From positions 114,197 to 178,196 of the forward strand of contig MU619297.1 of the NCBI GenBank assembly GCA_025201805.1: a DNA stretch of 64,000 bases, written 5' to 3'. A program made the translations under genes and the position numbers. The DNA comes from Parasitella parasitica NRRL 2501. Its lineage: Eukaryota > Fungi > Mucoromycota. This document shows positions 63,701-64,000 of the stretch, piece after piece. Below the pieces are notes generated by a model, which saw only the letters and a program-made list of their open reading frames with translations, did no database searches and was not told the origin of the DNA. How positions within the stretch are numbered: the stretch's first letter is position 1; every line of letters starts with the position of its first letter.

Positions 63701-64000
63701 CCCCAATAGCTTCATTGTTCACTTCAATGCATTTAATCCATGTTTGATTATGCAAAATTTAAAGGTTTTGAAACTTCATTGAAAGGTTTTCCACCTAAGC
63801 TTAATTCAAGCAAACGGATCCTGACCACCATTTGTAGTTCTTGTACATTAAAAATAAGAATGAGCTTTAAAAATTGACAAAGTCTTTTATTCATCTTATA
63901 CATTTACGAGCTGGTCACCCCGCCCACTCTGGTGATTTTTGCACCTTCGCTACGCTACGGTAAAAATCGACCTTCGTTTACGCGGGGTCCATCTCGCTCT

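Noticed and set aside
1-64000. CRISPR arrays, rRNA, tRNA, prokaryotic operons or defence systems
   Set aside because: The window is intron-containing fungal DNA. No regularly spaced repeats or RNA-gene signatures were seen.

Overview
Gene-dense, AT-rich eukaryotic DNA with many short GT-AG introns (about 50-100 nt). Gene content and style point to an early-diverging fungus, most likely Mucorales (inference). About 22 protein-coding genes can be supported. In order: F-box/LRR protein, APC amino-acid permease, short/branched-chain acyl-CoA dehydrogenase, clathrin heavy chain, mS38/Cox24-like protein, double-RRM protein, trehalose-6-P synthase/phosphatase (TPS2-type), nicastrin, FHA protein, Vps60, TAF4, a USP-domain protein, chitin synthase, Nop15, GGPP synthase, methylcrotonoyl-CoA carboxylase alpha, Tma7, a microcephalin-like BRCT protein, a 94-aa orphan, a Cys-rich GPI-anchored protein, an MFS transporter and CCDC130/Yju2-like. 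Decayed IS630/Tc1-mariner transposase remnants lie at about 53-55 kb and probably 63 kb. The best candidate for an undescribed system is at 55.9-59.2 kb: a divergently transcribed 8-Cys GPI surface protein and an MFS transporter share a ~1-kb promoter with three exact ATCTGATAA boxes plus one ATCTGATAG, the consensus of fungal iron-responsive GATA repressors. This suggests a Mucorales iron (heme or siderophore) acquisition module. Other notable points: an RST-like (supposedly plant-type) hub domain in TAF4, a gamma-secretase subunit in a fungus, a 4-nt micro-exon, and a GC-AG intron inside the conserved chitin synthase TMYNED motif. Multi-exon gene coordinates are manual start-to-stop spans. 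All homology calls are from motif recognition, not database searches.
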